DNA from: an uncultured Campylobacterales bacterium
GTDB lineage: Bacteria > Campylobacterota > Campylobacteria > Campylobacterales > QNZT01
NCBI GenBank assembly: GCA_964447385.1
Contig: CAYUSV010000003.1
Span: forward strand, 1-48,237
Length of the DNA: 48,237 bases
Reading direction: 5' to 3'
Part shown: in pieces, positions 19,942 to 30,848 of the stretch
Layout of the letters: every line of letters begins with the position of its first letter
How positions within the stretch are numbered: the first letter of the stretch is position 1
Notes under the pieces: generated by a model
Databases searched by the model: none
Told to the model about the DNA's origin: nothing
The model's input: only the letters and a program-made list of their open reading frames with translations
Program-made: the position numbers and the translations under genes

Positions 19942-20160
19942 ATGGCAAAAGATGATGTAATTGAGATTGATGGTAAAGTTGTTGAAGTTTTACCAAATGC
20001 AACTTTTCAAGTTGAACTTGAAAACAAGCACAAGGTGCTATGTCACATAGCTGGAAAGATGCGTATGCACTATATAAAGATTATGCTTGGTGATAAAGTC
20101 AAGGTTGAGTTAACACCTTATAGTCTTGATAAAGGTAGAATCACTTTTAGATATAAGTAA
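19942..20160 (+). CDS. infA: Translation initiation factor IF-1
   Basis: [25 protein letters not shown]. Confidence 0.99.
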   Translation: MAKDDVIEIDGKVVEVLPNATFQVELENKHKVLCHIAGKMRMHYIKIMLGDKVKVELTPYSLDKGRITFRYK

Positions 20161-20179
20161 AACCTTATAATACTTAGAG

Positions 20180-20330
20180 TATAATGCGCGACTCTGTTAA
20201 TAGAATGACGGGACTATAAGAAGAATAATTGATAGAAGCCCACTGTTTTTTCAATTATTGGTTTATATTTAATTTCAATAGACCATTTCGTTCGTTATTT
20301 GAAAGTGGAAATAGAACTTAGGAGATAATG
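20180..20330 (+). promoter_or_regulatory. -10 box and long structured 5' leader of the rpmJ-rpsM-rpsK-rpsD-rpoA-rplQ unit
   Basis: TATAAT at 20180-20185; hairpins at 20224-20259 and 20283-20308; AGGAG SD at 20320-20324. Confidence 0.55.
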
Positions 20331-20444
20331 GTGAAAGTAAGACCATCAGTTAAGAAAATGTGTGATGATTGCAAAATCATTAAAAGAAGAGGTGCAGTCA
20401 GAGTGATCTGCAAAAATCCAAAACATAAACAGAGACAAGGATAA
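20331..20444 (+). CDS. rpmJ: 50S ribosomal protein L36 (zinc-binding type); absent from the ORF track because of its size
   Basis: Manual translation from GTG 20331: [37 protein letters not shown]-stop; in-frame ATG at 20328 is an alternative start. Confidence 0.98.
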   Translation: MKVRPSVKKMCDDCKIIKRRGAVRVICKNPKHKQRQG

Positions 20445-20446
20445 AC

Positions 20447-20809
20447 ATGGCTAGGATTTCTGGTGTAGATTTACCAAAAAAGAAGAGAATTGAGTATGGA
20501 CTTACTTATATTTTTGGGATCGGTTTAAAAAGTTCGCGTGATATTTTGACAAAAGCTGGTATTTCGTTTGATAAAAGAGTACATGAGCTAAGTGAAGATG
20601 AAGTTGCGAGTATTCGTAAAGAGATTCAAGCGGATTATAGAGTAGAGGGTGATCTTAGAAAACAAGTTGCTATGGATATCAAAAGTCTTATGGATTTAGG
20701 TAGTTATAGAGGACTTAGACATAGAAAAGGTTTACCGGTTCGTGGACAAAAAACAAAAACAAATGCAAGAACAAGAAAAGGCAGAAAAAAGACTGTCGGC
20801 TCGGCATAG
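20447..20809 (+). CDS. rpsM: 30S ribosomal protein S13
   Basis: [36 protein letters not shown]. Confidence 0.99.
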   Translation: MARISGVDLPKKKRIEYGLTYIFGIGLKSSRDILTKAGISFDKRVHELSEDEVASIRKEIQADYRVEGDLRKQVAMDIKSLMDLGSYRGLRHRKGLPVRGQKTKTNARTRKGRKKTVGSA

Positions 20810-20819
20810 GGAGTAGGGT

Positions 20820-21212
20820 ATGGCAAAAAGAAGAGTTACTAGAAAAAAAGTTGCAAAGAAAAATATAGCTAAAGGTATTGTCCATATTGCTGCTACATTT
20901 AACAATACAGTTGTTACTATTACAGATGAGATGGGCAATGTTATCGCTTGGAGTAGTGCAGGAAGTCTTGGTTTTAAGGGTAGTAAAAAATCGACTCCTT
21001 ATGCTGCACAAGAGGCGGTGGATGCAGCTATAGCAAAAGCAATGGATCATGGTATTAAAGAGGTTGGAATTAAAGTTCAAGGGCCAGGTTCTGGTCGTGA
21101 AACTGCAGTAAAAAGAGTTGGTGCTATTGAAGGTATAAGAGTTTATTTCTTTAAAGATGTAACTCCACTTCCACATAATGGCTGTAGACCGCCAAAACGA
21201 AGAAGAGTGTAG
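20820..21212 (+). CDS. rpsK: 30S ribosomal protein S11
   Basis: [33 protein letters not shown]. Confidence 0.99.
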   Translation: MAKRRVTRKKVAKKNIAKGIVHIAATFNNTVVTITDEMGNVIAWSSAGSLGFKGSKKSTPYAAQEAVDAAIAKAMDHGIKEVGIKVQGPGSGRETAVKRVGAIEGIRVYFFKDVTPLPHNGCRPPKRRRV

Positions 21213-21224
21213 GGAGGATTAGAT

Positions 21225-21851
21225 ATGTCAAGATATAGAGGACCGGTAGAAAAAATTGAGAGAAGGTTGGGTGTATCTCTTGCACTTAAAGGTGAGAGAA
21301 GATTAGCAGGTAAAAGTGCAATAGAAAAAAGACCATATGCACCAGGACAACACGGACAAAGAAGAACAAAAATTAGTGAGTATGGTTTACAACTAAGAGA
21401 AAAACAAAAAGCAAAGTTTATGTATGGTGTTAGTGAAAAACAATTTAGAAGATTGTTCCAAGATGCTAACAGAATGGAAGGAAACACAGGTGCAAATCTT
21501 ATTTCATTAATTGAAAGAAGATTGGATAATGTAGTTTATAGGATGGGTTTTGCAACTACAAGAAGTTTTGCAAGACAACTTGTAACTCACGGTCACCTTT
21601 TGGTTGATGGAAAAAAAGTTGATATACCATCGTTTAGAGTAAAACCTGGACAAAAAATAGAGATCAAAGAGAAGTCAAAAAGTAATCCACAAGTAGTAAG
21701 AGCTGGTGAGTTAACTGCTCAAACTGGAATTGTTCCTTGGGTTGATGTTGAGATTGATAAGGGATATGGAATATTTACAAGACTTCCTGAGCGCCAAGAG
21801 GTTATTATTCCTGTTGAAGAGAGATTAATCGTAGAGCTTTACTCTAAGTAA
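21225..21851 (+). CDS. rpsD: 30S ribosomal protein S4
   Basis: [32 protein letters not shown]. Confidence 0.99.
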   Translation: MSRYRGPVEKIERRLGVSLALKGERRLAGKSAIEKRPYAPGQHGQRRTKISEYGLQLREKQKAKFMYGVSEKQFRRLFQDANRMEGNTGANLISLIERRLDNVVYRMGFATTRSFARQLVTHGHLLVDGKKVDIPSFRVKPGQKIEIKEKSKSNPQVVRAGELTAQTGIVPWVDVEIDKGYGIFTRLPERQEVIIPVEERLIVELYSK

Positions 21852-21867
21852 GCATAAAGGAGATTTA

Positions 21868-22881
21868 ATGAAGAAGATTAGTACATCTTTGTATATGCCA
21901 CATGAGATAGAGATAGAACAAATTAGTGAAAATAGAGTTAAAATTTTTGCGTATCCTTTTCAATCAGGCTTTGCTATAACGGTTGCACATCCGCTTAGAA
22001 GGCTTTTGTATGGAAGTTCTGCTGGTTTTGCTGTAACTTCGCTAAAGATTGATGGTGTAAGTCATGAGTTTGATAGTATTAAAGGGATGGTTGAAGATGT
22101 ATCTCTGTTTATTTTAAATCTTAAAAAAATAAGATTTAAAATAAAAAATGACTCTAAAAAGGTTGAAGTTAATTACTCTTTTAGTGGACACAAAGATATA
22201 ATAGGAAGTGATCTTGAAAATGATGATGTCGAAGTAGTTACACCTGATTTTCATCTTACCACTATCAATGAAGATGCGGAATTAAACTTTTCTCTTATTA
22301 TTGAAAAAGGTATTGGTTATATTCCAAGTGAAGAGTTAAGAGATAGTGTTCCTGATGAATATATTGGTATAGATGCTTTTTTTACTCCTGTGAAAAAAGC
22401 GATATATAGTATTGAAAATATGTTGGTTGAAGATGATCCAACATATGAAAAGATTGTATTTGAAATTGAAACAGATGGTCAAATTCCGCCTGTTCAAGCT
22501 TTTAAAGAGTCTATTGAAGCGCTCAATGACCAAATTGCTATCTTTGGTAAAGCTATGGATATTGATGTTACATCACCAGAAGATGATTTTGATAATTCTG
22601 TAGATATGAGAAAATTGCTTCAAAGTGTTAATGAGATGAATTTAAGTGCAAGAAGCTTTAACTGTTTAGATCGTGCAGAGATTCGCTTTGTTGCTGAGTT
22701 ATCCACAATGAGTGAGTTGGAGCTAAAAGGACTTAAAAATTTAGGTAAAAAGTCTTTTGAAGAGATAACAAGTAAGCTTGAAGCTATAGGTTTTCCAGTA
22801 GGTAGTGAGTTTGATGAAGATTTCTTAAAAGCATTAAATAAAAATATACAAGAGCTAAAAGCTCAATCTGGGGAGATATAA
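21868..22881 (+). CDS. rpoA: DNA-directed RNA polymerase subunit alpha
   Basis: [22 protein letters not shown], alpha-[19 protein letters not shown]. Confidence 0.99.
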   Translation: MKKISTSLYMPHEIEIEQISENRVKIFAYPFQSGFAITVAHPLRRLLYGSSAGFAVTSLKIDGVSHEFDSIKGMVEDVSLFILNLKKIRFKIKNDSKKVEVNYSFSGHKDIIGSDLENDDVEVVTPDFHLTTINEDAELNFSLIIEKGIGYIPSEELRDSVPDEYIGIDAFFTPVKKAIYSIENMLVEDDPTYEKIVFEIETDGQIPPVQAFKESIEALNDQIAIFGKAMDIDVTSPEDDFDNSVDMRKLLQSVNEMNLSARSFNCLDRAEIRFVAELSTMSELELKGLKNLGKKSFEEITSKLEAIGFPVGSEFDEDFLKALNKNIQELKAQSGEI

Positions 22882-22882
22882 A

Positions 22883-23233
22883 ATGAGACATAAGCATGGC
22901 TATAGAAAGTTAGGGAGAACTTCATCTCATAGAAAAGCACTTTTTAAAAACATGTCAATAGCATTGATAAAAAGTGGCAAGATAGAGACAACGCTTCCAA
23001 AAGCAAAAGAGTTAAGAAGTTATTTTGAAAAATTGATTACAAAAGCAAGAGTTGGGGATTTTAATACTCATCGTACTATTTTTGCATCACTTCAAGATAA
23101 AGAGTGTACTAAGAAATTAGTAGAAGAGATAGCACCGAAGTATAAAGATAGAAATGGTGGCTATACAAGAATTACAAGAACAAGAACTAGACGCGGTGAT
23201 GCTGCTGATATGGCATTTATCGAATTAGTATAA
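22883..23233 (+). CDS. rplQ: 50S ribosomal protein L17
   Basis: [36 protein letters not shown]. Confidence 0.99.
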   Translation: MRHKHGYRKLGRTSSHRKALFKNMSIALIKSGKIETTLPKAKELRSYFEKLITKARVGDFNTHRTIFASLQDKECTKKLVEEIAPKYKDRNGGYTRITRTRTRRGDAADMAFIELV

Positions 23234-23241
23234 AAAATTAT

Positions 23242-23288
23242 AATATCTAAGAGAGTTAACCTCTTTTGGGTATTGCTTCTTTAATTTC
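23242..23288 (+). terminator. Probable intrinsic terminator of the ribosomal cluster
   Basis: 14-bp stem AATATCTAAGAGAG / CTCTTTTGGGTATT (3 G-U pairs), loop TTAAC, T-rich tail, 8 nt after the rplQ stop. Confidence 0.65.
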
Positions 23289-23365
23289 TAATTGATATTA
23301 GATTTAATCTTCACATTTAAACTTTTATGATACAATATCTTCATTATTTATATATAGGGGTGTAT

Positions 23366-23656
23366 ATGATTCCATTTACAGATGAGGAGCTTTTACCGGT
23401 TGTTGAAAAATCTTTAGAAAAAGTAAAACCAATGTTGGAGCTTGATGGTGGTGGCATGAAACTGTTAGATGTAAAAGGTGGAAAAGTATTTGTTCAGCTA
23501 CAAGGGGCTTGTGTTGGTTGTGGCTCTAGCAACCAAACTATAAAATACGGCATTGAAAAACAACTTAGAATGGACATACATCCTGAATTAGAAGTGATAA
23601 ATATAGCTGTTGGTATGGAAGATATGATTGATCAAATTGCAAGTGGAGGGTCATAA
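23366..23656 (+). CDS. NifU C-terminal/Nfu-domain Fe-S cluster carrier
   Basis: P.L..DGG, LQGACVGC motif; ATG 23366 preferred because TGATACAAT (extended -10, 23328-23336) overlaps the longer start. Confidence 0.88.
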   Translation: MIPFTDEELLPVVEKSLEKVKPMLELDGGGMKLLDVKGGKVFVQLQGACVGCGSSNQTIKYGIEKQLRMDIHPELEVINIAVGMEDMIDQIASGGS

Positions 23657-24226
23657 TTGATAAATTATAAAGAGTTGGCAAATAACTGTTTTTTTAAACG
23701 TGAATATAAAAAAGCACTTTTTAACTATTCATTGGCTCTTAAAGATGACCCTGAAGATAAAGAGGCACGTATAGGTGCACTTTTATCAGATATGGCAGAT
23801 GAGAGAGAAGATGAAGCAGTAGCGCTTTTTGAGTATTATGAGACAACAAAGGTTATTGATAGTGAAAATGCTAATGATAATATTGAGCAAATTATTGATG
23901 GTGTTGATTTGAGTGGTGATTATATTTTTGAGCTTCTTGATTCTCTTGAAGAGTATATAGCAAATTTTGAAGATGGAATAGAGTATCAAGATTTTTTAGA
24001 GCTTATGCAGAGAAAAGATAGCTTTAAAAGGACGCTTGAAGATATCATGTTTAGTACAAAAATTATCATTCATAAAAAAGAGGATTTTATCGATTTTGTA
24101 AATCTTTTAATTGCAAATGATTTTAAAGAGTTAGCACTAAATTACTTGGAAAATGCACTTCTTTATTATCCCAAAGAGCTTTTTTTTCAAAATAAAATTA
24201 AGCAATTGGAGCACAAAGGACATTGA
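23657..24226 (+). CDS. Conserved hypothetical protein with N-terminal TPR-like repeat
   Basis: ANNCF..EYKKALFNYSLAL..DP TPR pattern; acidic; TTG start abutting the upstream stop. Confidence 0.7.
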   Translation: MINYKELANNCFFKREYKKALFNYSLALKDDPEDKEARIGALLSDMADEREDEAVALFEYYETTKVIDSENANDNIEQIIDGVDLSGDYIFELLDSLEEYIANFEDGIEYQDFLELMQRKDSFKRTLEDIMFSTKIIIHKKEDFIDFVNLLIANDFKELALNYLENALLYYPKELFFQNKIKQLEHKGH

Positions 24227-25527
24227 AATTTCCGATAGAAAATCAAAAATACAAATTTATAACCGATAGTTCTTTAGAGTGCGATAAACATACAGCTTTT
24301 TTACATACAAAACAAAATGATTTATATCTTCAAAGTGTAGAAAAAAATGAAGTTGCTGAGATTTTAACTATTGATGAGTTAAAAGATATCTATAAAGTTG
24401 ATAGTATTAAAATCATAGGAATTACCGGTACAAATGGCAAGACAACAACAGCAGCTGCTATCTACTCAATGCTTTTGGACTTGGGTAAAAAAGTTGCATT
24501 TTCTGGTACTCGTGGACTTTATATAAATGAAGAGCGGGTTGAAAGTAAATCATTAACAACTCCTTCAATTTTAAAAACTTTACATAACATAAATCTTGCT
24601 TTAAAACAAGGATGCGAATACTATATCATGGAGGTAAGCTCCCATGCAATTGACCAAGAGAGGATTGAGGGACTTAAATATTCACTAAAAGTTTTTACTA
24701 ATATTACACAAGATCATTTGGATTATCACCAGAGTTTTTCAGAGTATTTGCGTGTAAAAAGTCTATTTTTTGAAGATGAAGGGCTAAAACTTATAAACAA
24801 AGATGCAAAAAAAATTGAGTTTAATTCCAAAAATTGTTATACATATGCTTTAGAAGTACCAGCTTCATTTAATATAATGGCTTACTCTATGAATGGTGGT
24901 TTGACTGCTGCAATTAAGCATTTTGATATTCAAGAGCAGTTTCACTCTCCTTTGTATGGATTTTTTAATCTTTACAATATAACAGCAGCAATTGCGTCGG
25001 TAAAATTGCTTACTGATTACTCTTTGGCAGATATTTGTAAAGTTTGTGAAAATTTTGCAGGTGTTAGCGGTAGAATGGAAGTTGTGAGCGAAAGACCATT
25101 GGTAATAGTTGATTTTGCACATACTCCAGATGGTATGGATAAAGTGCTTGATTGTTTTAAAGATAGAGAAATTTCTGTTGTTTTTGGTGCTGGAGGTGAT
25201 AGAGACAGCTCAAAAAGAGTTCAAATGGGTAGAGTGGCTGATAGATATGCCAAAAAAATATATCTTACAAATGATAACCCAAGAGGTGAAGAGCCATTAA
25301 AGATTTTAGAAGATATTGATAATGGGATAAAAGATAAAGAAAAAGTTACGATACTTCCCAAAAGAGAAGAGGCTATAGAAGTTGCTATTGATGAGTTAGA
25401 GGATGGTGAAGTCTTACTTATACTTGGTAAAGGTGATGAGGAGTATCAAGAAATAAAGAGTAAATTTGTCCCATTTGATGATAGAGTTGTAACAAAATCG
25501 TATTTAAAAGAAAAATTTAATCGTTAA
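24223..25527 (+). CDS. murE: UDP-N-acetylmuramoyl-L-alanyl-D-glutamate--2,6-diaminopimelate ligase
   Basis: GITGTNGKTT, MEVSSH, DHLDYH, DFAHTPDG, DNPR (DAP-specific motif), GKG.E. Confidence 0.96.
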   Translation: MKFPIENQKYKFITDSSLECDKHTAFLHTKQNDLYLQSVEKNEVAEILTIDELKDIYKVDSIKIIGITGTNGKTTTAAAIYSMLLDLGKKVAFSGTRGLYINEERVESKSLTTPSILKTLHNINLALKQGCEYYIMEVSSHAIDQERIEGLKYSLKVFTNITQDHLDYHQSFSEYLRVKSLFFEDEGLKLINKDAKKIEFNSKNCYTYALEVPASFNIMAYSMNGGLTAAIKHFDIQEQFHSPLYGFFNLYNITAAIASVKLLTDYSLADICKVCENFAGVSGRMEVVSERPLVIVDFAHTPDGMDKVLDCFKDREISVVFGAGGDRDSSKRVQMGRVADRYAKKIYLTNDNPRGEEPLKILEDIDNGIKDKEKVTILPKREEAIEVAIDELEDGEVLLILGKGDEEYQEIKSKFVPFDDRVVTKSYLKEKFNR

Positions 25528-25570
25528 TTGATTAGAATAGATGAGTAAATTATAAATATAGGGGAATTTT

Positions 25571-25945
25571 ATGGGAATACCACAACCAGCGTTTTATATC
25601 TTTAAGTGTGAGCAATCATCACCTCCGGGTATGCCAAAACCAAGTTGCGTTAATGAAATGACAAAAGATCTTTTTCAACACTTGGGAATGAAGATAATGG
25701 AAAAAGGTTTGATAGCGACTGTTGTACCTGTTAGAACAGCTTGTCTTAATCGTTGCCAATTAGGCCCTGTTATGTTAGTAGAGCCTGGACATCATATGTA
25801 TGTTGGTCTTACAAAAGAGAAGATTGATAGGATAATAGATGAGCATATAATAGGTGAGAAGCCAGTCACTGAGTATCTGATCGAAGATGAGTTTTGGGAC
25901 ACTGCGCTTTCTCCTTTGGAAGCTATGAAAATGGCAGGAAGATAA
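25571..25945 (+). CDS. Thioredoxin-fold [2Fe-2S] ferredoxin
   Basis: C-x12-C...CLNRC..GP pattern, Y.GLT..I.RII.EHI..GEKPV. Confidence 0.85.
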   Translation: MGIPQPAFYIFKCEQSSPPGMPKPSCVNEMTKDLFQHLGMKIMEKGLIATVVPVRTACLNRCQLGPVMLVEPGHHMYVGLTKEKIDRIIDEHIIGEKPVTEYLIEDEFWDTALSPLEAMKMAGR

Positions 25946-25954
25946 GGGTTCTTT

Positions 25955-26320
25955 ATGACAATCGATATGCTTTATAGCAAGCTTCACCGTGCAACTGTAA
26001 GTGATGCAAATTTAAATTATGTCGGCTCTATCACTATAGATAGAGAGCTTATGGATGCTGCAAAGCTTAGAGTAGGACAAAAAGTTGAGATTGTTAATAT
26101 AAATAATGGTGAACGATTTGCCACTTATGTGATTGAAGGCAAAAGGGGCAAGAGAGATATCTGTCTCAATGGTGCGGCTGCAAGAAAAGCTGAAATTGGT
26201 GATATAGTGATTATAATTGCTTACGCTAGTATGAGTTTAGAAGAGGCTGAAGTTTTTAAGCCTCATGTTGTCTTGCTTGATAGTGAAAATAATATAGATG
26301 AAACGAGAGATTATGTTTGA
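25955..26320 (+). CDS. panD: Aspartate 1-decarboxylase
   Basis: [16 protein letters not shown] self-cleavage site, NGERF.TY, LNGAAAR. Confidence 0.98.
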   Translation: MTIDMLYSKLHRATVSDANLNYVGSITIDRELMDAAKLRVGQKVEIVNINNGERFATYVIEGKRGKRDICLNGAAARKAEIGDIVIIIAYASMSLEEAEVFKPHVVLLDSENNIDETRDYV

Positions 26321-26627
26321 AAATATGGACTTTAGTAAAATGGGTGAGATGCTTCAAAAAGCCCAAGAGAGTGCAAAAAAGATGCAAGAGGAGAGTGCTA
26401 ACAAAGAGTTCACCTCTAAAAGTGGCGGTGGCATGATAAAAGTGACTGGAAACGGCAGTGGTGAAATTATTGATATCGATATCGATAATTCACTATTAGA
26501 AGATAAAGAGTCACTTCAAATTTTGCTAATTTCTGCTGTTAACGATGTTAATAAAATGATCGAAGAGGATCGAAAACTCGCTACAACTTCTATGTTAGGC
26601 GGACTTGGTGCCTTTGGAGGAAAATAG
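26313..26627 (+). CDS. ybaB: YbaB/EbfC family nucleoid-associated protein
   Basis: [26 protein letters not shown]; start 26313 (MFENMD) preferred over 26298. Confidence 0.9.
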   Translation: MFENMDFSKMGEMLQKAQESAKKMQEESANKEFTSKSGGGMIKVTGNGSGEIIDIDIDNSLLEDKESLQILLISAVNDVNKMIEEDRKLATTSMLGGLGAFGGK

Positions 26628-27480
26628 TACAAATAGAATTCTTTTAGATTTTGAAATATTTTTGCATAAACATCTACCTGATGCCAAAAGTTTTCATCCA
26701 AGTTACAACAAAGCTCTAAAAGAGATACTAAAAGCTGGTGGTAAGAGGTTTCGTCCACTGATGCTTTTGCAAATTGTAGATGCTTATGAACCATTGTTAG
26801 TTGACAATGCTTTTTGGATTGCATCAGCTATTGAAATGCTTCATACTTATTCACTCATACACGATGATTTGCCAACCTTTGATAACTCAGATCTAAGACG
26901 CGGACATCCTACACTTCATGTTACTTATGATGAAGTGGTAGCAACACTGGTTGGGGATGCATTAAATACGCATAGTTTTTTTATGATTGCAACTGCACCG
27001 CTTGATGATGGAATTAAAATAGAGCTTATAAGAGAGTTATCACAAAATGGTGGTGTAGATGGTATGGTGCTTGGACAAGCGATTGACTGTTATTTTGAAG
27101 ATAAAAAATTGACAATTGATGAGTTAACTTTTTTGCATATCCATAAAACGGCAAAACTCATCGCTGCTAGTATGAAGATGGGTGCAATTATTGTTAACCT
27201 TGACAGACAAAAGCAAAATTTACTTTATGATATAGGTTTAAATATCGGTCTTCTATTTCAAGTACAAGATGATATTATCGATGCAACTTTTACGACAGAT
27301 GAAGCGGGTAAACCCACGGGCTTGGATGAATGTAAAAATTCATTTACAAATTTATTGGGCGTAGATGGTGCAAAAAGAGAGAAAGAGAAATTAGTGGCAC
27401 AAATTGAGCTTAAAATTGATCAGCTTGATTTGAATTTAAAAAACAGACTGCAAAAAAGTATGGATAAATATTTTAAATAG
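26605..27480 (+). CDS. ispA: Geranyltranstransferase / farnesyl diphosphate synthase
   Basis: GGKRFRP, HTYSLIHDDLP..D....RRG, GQAID, HKT, FQVQDD; exact start uncertain (TTG/GTG only). Confidence 0.92.
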   Translation: MVPLEENSTNRILLDFEIFLHKHLPDAKSFHPSYNKALKEILKAGGKRFRPLMLLQIVDAYEPLLVDNAFWIASAIEMLHTYSLIHDDLPTFDNSDLRRGHPTLHVTYDEVVATLVGDALNTHSFFMIATAPLDDGIKIELIRELSQNGGVDGMVLGQAIDCYFEDKKLTIDELTFLHIHKTAKLIAASMKMGAIIVNLDRQKQNLLYDIGLNIGLLFQVQDDIIDATFTTDEAGKPTGLDECKNSFTNLLGVDGAKREKEKLVAQIELKIDQLDLNLKNRLQKSMDKYFK

Positions 27481-27490
27481 GAAATAGATA

Positions 27491-29473
27491 ATGATAGAGA
27501 AACAGATGTTAACCAAAATGGCTAACACGATAAGATTTTTAAGTGTGGATATGATTCAAAAAGCAAATAGTGGACATCCTGGTGTTGCTATGGGACTTGC
27601 TGATGTGGTTACAGTTTTGTCTCAGCATCTGCAGCACAATCCAAAAAACCCTAAATGGCTCAATCGAGATAGGTTAGTCTTTAGTGGTGGACACGCAAGT
27701 GCTATGATATATTCACTTCTTTATCTTTGTGGTTATGATTTGAAGATGGATGATTTGAAGAAATTTAGACAATTTGGCAGTAAAACACCTGGTCATCCTG
27801 AGTATAAAGATGTACCAGGAATCGAAGTGACAACAGGACCTTTAGGGCAGGGTGTAGCAAATGCTGTTGGGTTTGCAATGTCTGCAAAATATGGTGCAAA
27901 ACTTTTAAATAGCGAAAGTGCAAAAGTTATAGATCATAAAGTCTACTGTTTGTGTGGTGATGGTGATCTTGAAGAGGGTATTAGTTATGAGGCGGCATCT
28001 ATCGCAGGACATCAAAACTTGGATAATTTGGTGCTTATTTATGACTCAAACAAGATAACAATTGAAGGGTGTCTTGATATCTCTTTTAATGAAAATGTTA
28101 AAACAAGATTTGAAGCTCAAGGTTGGAAAGTTTTTCGTATAGATGGACATGATTATGCAGAGATTGATCAAGTGCTTTCTCAAATTAGGACTAAACAGAG
28201 TCATCCTTGTTTGATAATTGCTGAGACAATTATTGCTAAAGGTGCTGATAAGATGGAGGGAAGCCATCACTCTCACGGCGCACCGCTTGGAGAGGATGAG
28301 ATCAAAAGATCAAAAATAAAAGCAGGATTTGATCCCAAAAGTGACTTTTTTGTTGATGATGAAGTTTTGAATATTTTTAGAGCTTGTTTAGAAAAAGGTG
28401 ATACGAGTGAAAGGGCGTGGAAAAAGTTAATAATTGATGCTCCATTGGTCGAGCAAAATGAGACTTTAAAGTTACTTTTAAATCCAGATTTTACTAGAGT
28501 TAGATGGCCTGTTTTTGAAGATGGTAGTGAAGTTGCTACAAGAGATAGTAACGGACAAATTTTAAATGCAATCTCAAAAGCAATACCTGGATTTATTGGA
28601 GGGAGTGCAGATCTTAGCCCTTCAAATAAGAGTTATCTAAAAGGTATGGGAGATTTTCCAAATGGTAAAAATATACATTTTGGAATTAGAGAGCACGCAA
28701 TGGCAGCAATTTGTAATGCCGTGAGTCTGTATGGATTGTTTATCCCATATAGTGCAACTTTTTTTGTTTTTAGTGATTATATGAAGCCAGCTGTGAGATT
28801 GGCTGCATTGATGAGGCTTAAAAACTATTATATTTGGACGCACGATAGTATAGGAGTAGGCGAAGATGGTCCTACTCATCAACCTATTGAGCAGTTAAGT
28901 CAATTTCGTGCATTGCCAAATTTTTATCTTTTTAGACCAGCTGATGGGCGTGAAAATGTTGCATGTTGGCAAAAAGCGTTAGAGCTTGATGCACCTTGTG
29001 GTTTTGTGCTTAGTCGTCAAAAACTCAAAACTTTGAAATCGAGTATTGATTTTGGTGATGCAAGTTTTGGAGGTTATTTAGTCAAAAAAAGAGATAATGC
29101 AACTGTAACCATTATAGCAACAGGTAGTGAAGTAATGCCATCACTTAAAGCGGCATGTCATCTTGAAATTGCAGGTATTAAAGCAAATGTTGTCTCAGTG
29201 CCTTGTTTTGAACTTTTTAATGAACAAAACAGTGAATATATAGAAAAAGTAATAGATCCAAAAACAAAAGTTTTAGCAGTGGAAGCAGCAAGTGGTATAG
29301 AGTGGTATCGCTATGCTGATGATGTTTTATGTATGAGTTCATTTGGAGCTAGTGGAGATGCTAATGTGTTGTTTGAAACCTATGGTTTTACAATTAAAGG
29401 GATTAAAAAGCGTGTATTTAAACTTTTAAACCAAGAGTATAAAGAGACAGAATTTAATAATTGTAAAATATAA
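27491..29473 (+). CDS. tkt: Transketolase
   Basis: SGHPG, TPGHPE, TTGPLGQG, GDGDLEEG, FGIREHAM, GEDGPTHQP. Confidence 0.98.
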   Translation: MIEKQMLTKMANTIRFLSVDMIQKANSGHPGVAMGLADVVTVLSQHLQHNPKNPKWLNRDRLVFSGGHASAMIYSLLYLCGYDLKMDDLKKFRQFGSKTPGHPEYKDVPGIEVTTGPLGQGVANAVGFAMSAKYGAKLLNSESAKVIDHKVYCLCGDGDLEEGISYEAASIAGHQNLDNLVLIYDSNKITIEGCLDISFNENVKTRFEAQGWKVFRIDGHDYAEIDQVLSQIRTKQSHPCLIIAETIIAKGADKMEGSHHSHGAPLGEDEIKRSKIKAGFDPKSDFFVDDEVLNIFRACLEKGDTSERAWKKLIIDAPLVEQNETLKLLLNPDFTRVRWPVFEDGSEVATRDSNGQILNAISKAIPGFIGGSADLSPSNKSYLKGMGDFPNGKNIHFGIREHAMAAICNAVSLYGLFIPYSATFFVFSDYMKPAVRLAALMRLKNYYIWTHDSIGVGEDGPTHQPIEQLSQFRALPNFYLFRPADGRENVACWQKALELDAPCGFVLSRQKLKTLKSSIDFGDASFGGYLVKKRDNATVTIIATGSEVMPSLKAACHLEIAGIKANVVSVPCFELFNEQNSEYIEKVIDPKTKVLAVEAASGIEWYRYADDVLCMSSFGASGDANVLFETYGFTIKGIKKRVFKLLNQEYKETEFNNCKI

Positions 29474-29700
29474 CATAAAGAACTTATATTGTTTTTTTTA
29501 AACTATTTTATTAAATATTAATATTTTAAATATATTAAAGTGTAATTATTTTATCTTTTTCACTATTGTTTCACAAAAATATAATATTTTCTATAAAATA
29601 ATTTGATGATTAACTGAAATTAAAGTCTAATTTTTATATTATATATTGTTTTTAAATAGGTAGTCGATCTGTTTTATACTGTAAGGATTTGTATTTTTTT

Positions 29701-30837
29701 ATGAAAACAATAAATTTTTTAACAGGCAACTTTATGCCAGAAAATTGCGCCGGGACAAATCGCATTTTGGCATTGGTTAAAGAGCTTGAAAAGAAGTATG
29801 TAATCAATATTTTTTGTATCACTGAGCGTGGAAAGCCTCAAAAAAATCAAAAAGTAGAGTACGGTCAAAATATTAATGTCTATTATATAGATCAACGCTA
29901 TTATGATGGTGAAAAATTTTATTCAAGAGCTCTTCATGAGCTCTATTATGCTATGAAATTGACTCTAAAAGCCAATAAGTATCATTCTGATATCACGATA
30001 GCAACTTCTCCTCAGATGTTTATAATACCTGCTGTTGCAATGTTGGGTCACGATAAGCGTATAATTGATGTACGCGATTTAGTGTGGGAGTATATCGAAG
30101 AGAACTCTTTATATAAGAAGATATTGAAAAAAGTTATCACCAATTTTATGAAATTTACACTTATGAGATATGACCATATCACAGTTACTAATGATCATGA
30201 GAGAGCTTGGATACAAAAGTATGTATCCAAAGAGAACATTACTAAAATTACAAACGGGATAGAGGCTCGTACATTTGAGCAGCTTAGTTCTCTAAAAAGA
30301 GATAGCGATAAAAAATTTACTGTAACTTATATAGGGAATGTTGGTATTGCACAAAATATCAAGACTTTAATTGATGTAGCTAGAACACTTAAAGATATTC
30401 AAGTCAACATAATAGGAGAGGGAAATAGATATAAACAACTCAAAACTTATGTGCACAAAAATAAAATCTTTAATGTGGAGTTTTTTGGTAGAGTTCAAAG
30501 AGAGAAGATGATTGACTTTTACCAAGAGAGTTCTGTGTTGTTTGCTCAGCTTGATAAGACATTTAAAGCAGCGATGCCATCAAAGCTGTATGAATATGCT
30601 TCAACTGGACTCCCTATTATATATGCAGGTTTAGGAGTTGCGAAAGATTTTGTGGATCAATTAGAAAATTGTACAACGATAAAACCAGGAGATACTAAAG
30701 CTTTGAAAAAAGCAATCATAAAGTATAGAGATCTTCATTGTGAGATATCAAAAAGGAATATGGAAAAAGTCTATAATAATTTTATCAGAGAGAAACAAAG
30801 TGAAAAAATGGTCGATATAGTTGACAAGTTGATATAG
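29701..30837 (+). CDS. Glycosyltransferase family 4 (GT-B)
   Basis: ATSP, DVRDLVW, YIGNVGIAQN, PSKLYEY..GLPII; ATG 29701 (ORF track uses TTG 29689). Confidence 0.85.
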   Translation: MKTINFLTGNFMPENCAGTNRILALVKELEKKYVINIFCITERGKPQKNQKVEYGQNINVYYIDQRYYDGEKFYSRALHELYYAMKLTLKANKYHSDITIATSPQMFIIPAVAMLGHDKRIIDVRDLVWEYIEENSLYKKILKKVITNFMKFTLMRYDHITVTNDHERAWIQKYVSKENITKITNGIEARTFEQLSSLKRDSDKKFTVTYIGNVGIAQNIKTLIDVARTLKDIQVNIIGEGNRYKQLKTYVHKNKIFNVEFFGRVQREKMIDFYQESSVLFAQLDKTFKAAMPSKLYEYASTGLPIIYAGLGVAKDFVDQLENCTTIKPGDTKALKKAIIKYRDLHCEISKRNMEKVYNNFIREKQSEKMVDIVDKLI

Positions 30838-30848
30838 GAGTAAAGTGT

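Noticed and set aside
29694-29700. T7 tract before the first glycosyltransferase ATG as a phase-variation switch
   Set aside because: Short A/T runs are ubiquitous in this AT-rich DNA; no long poly-G/C tracts or frameshifts were seen in the glycan genes
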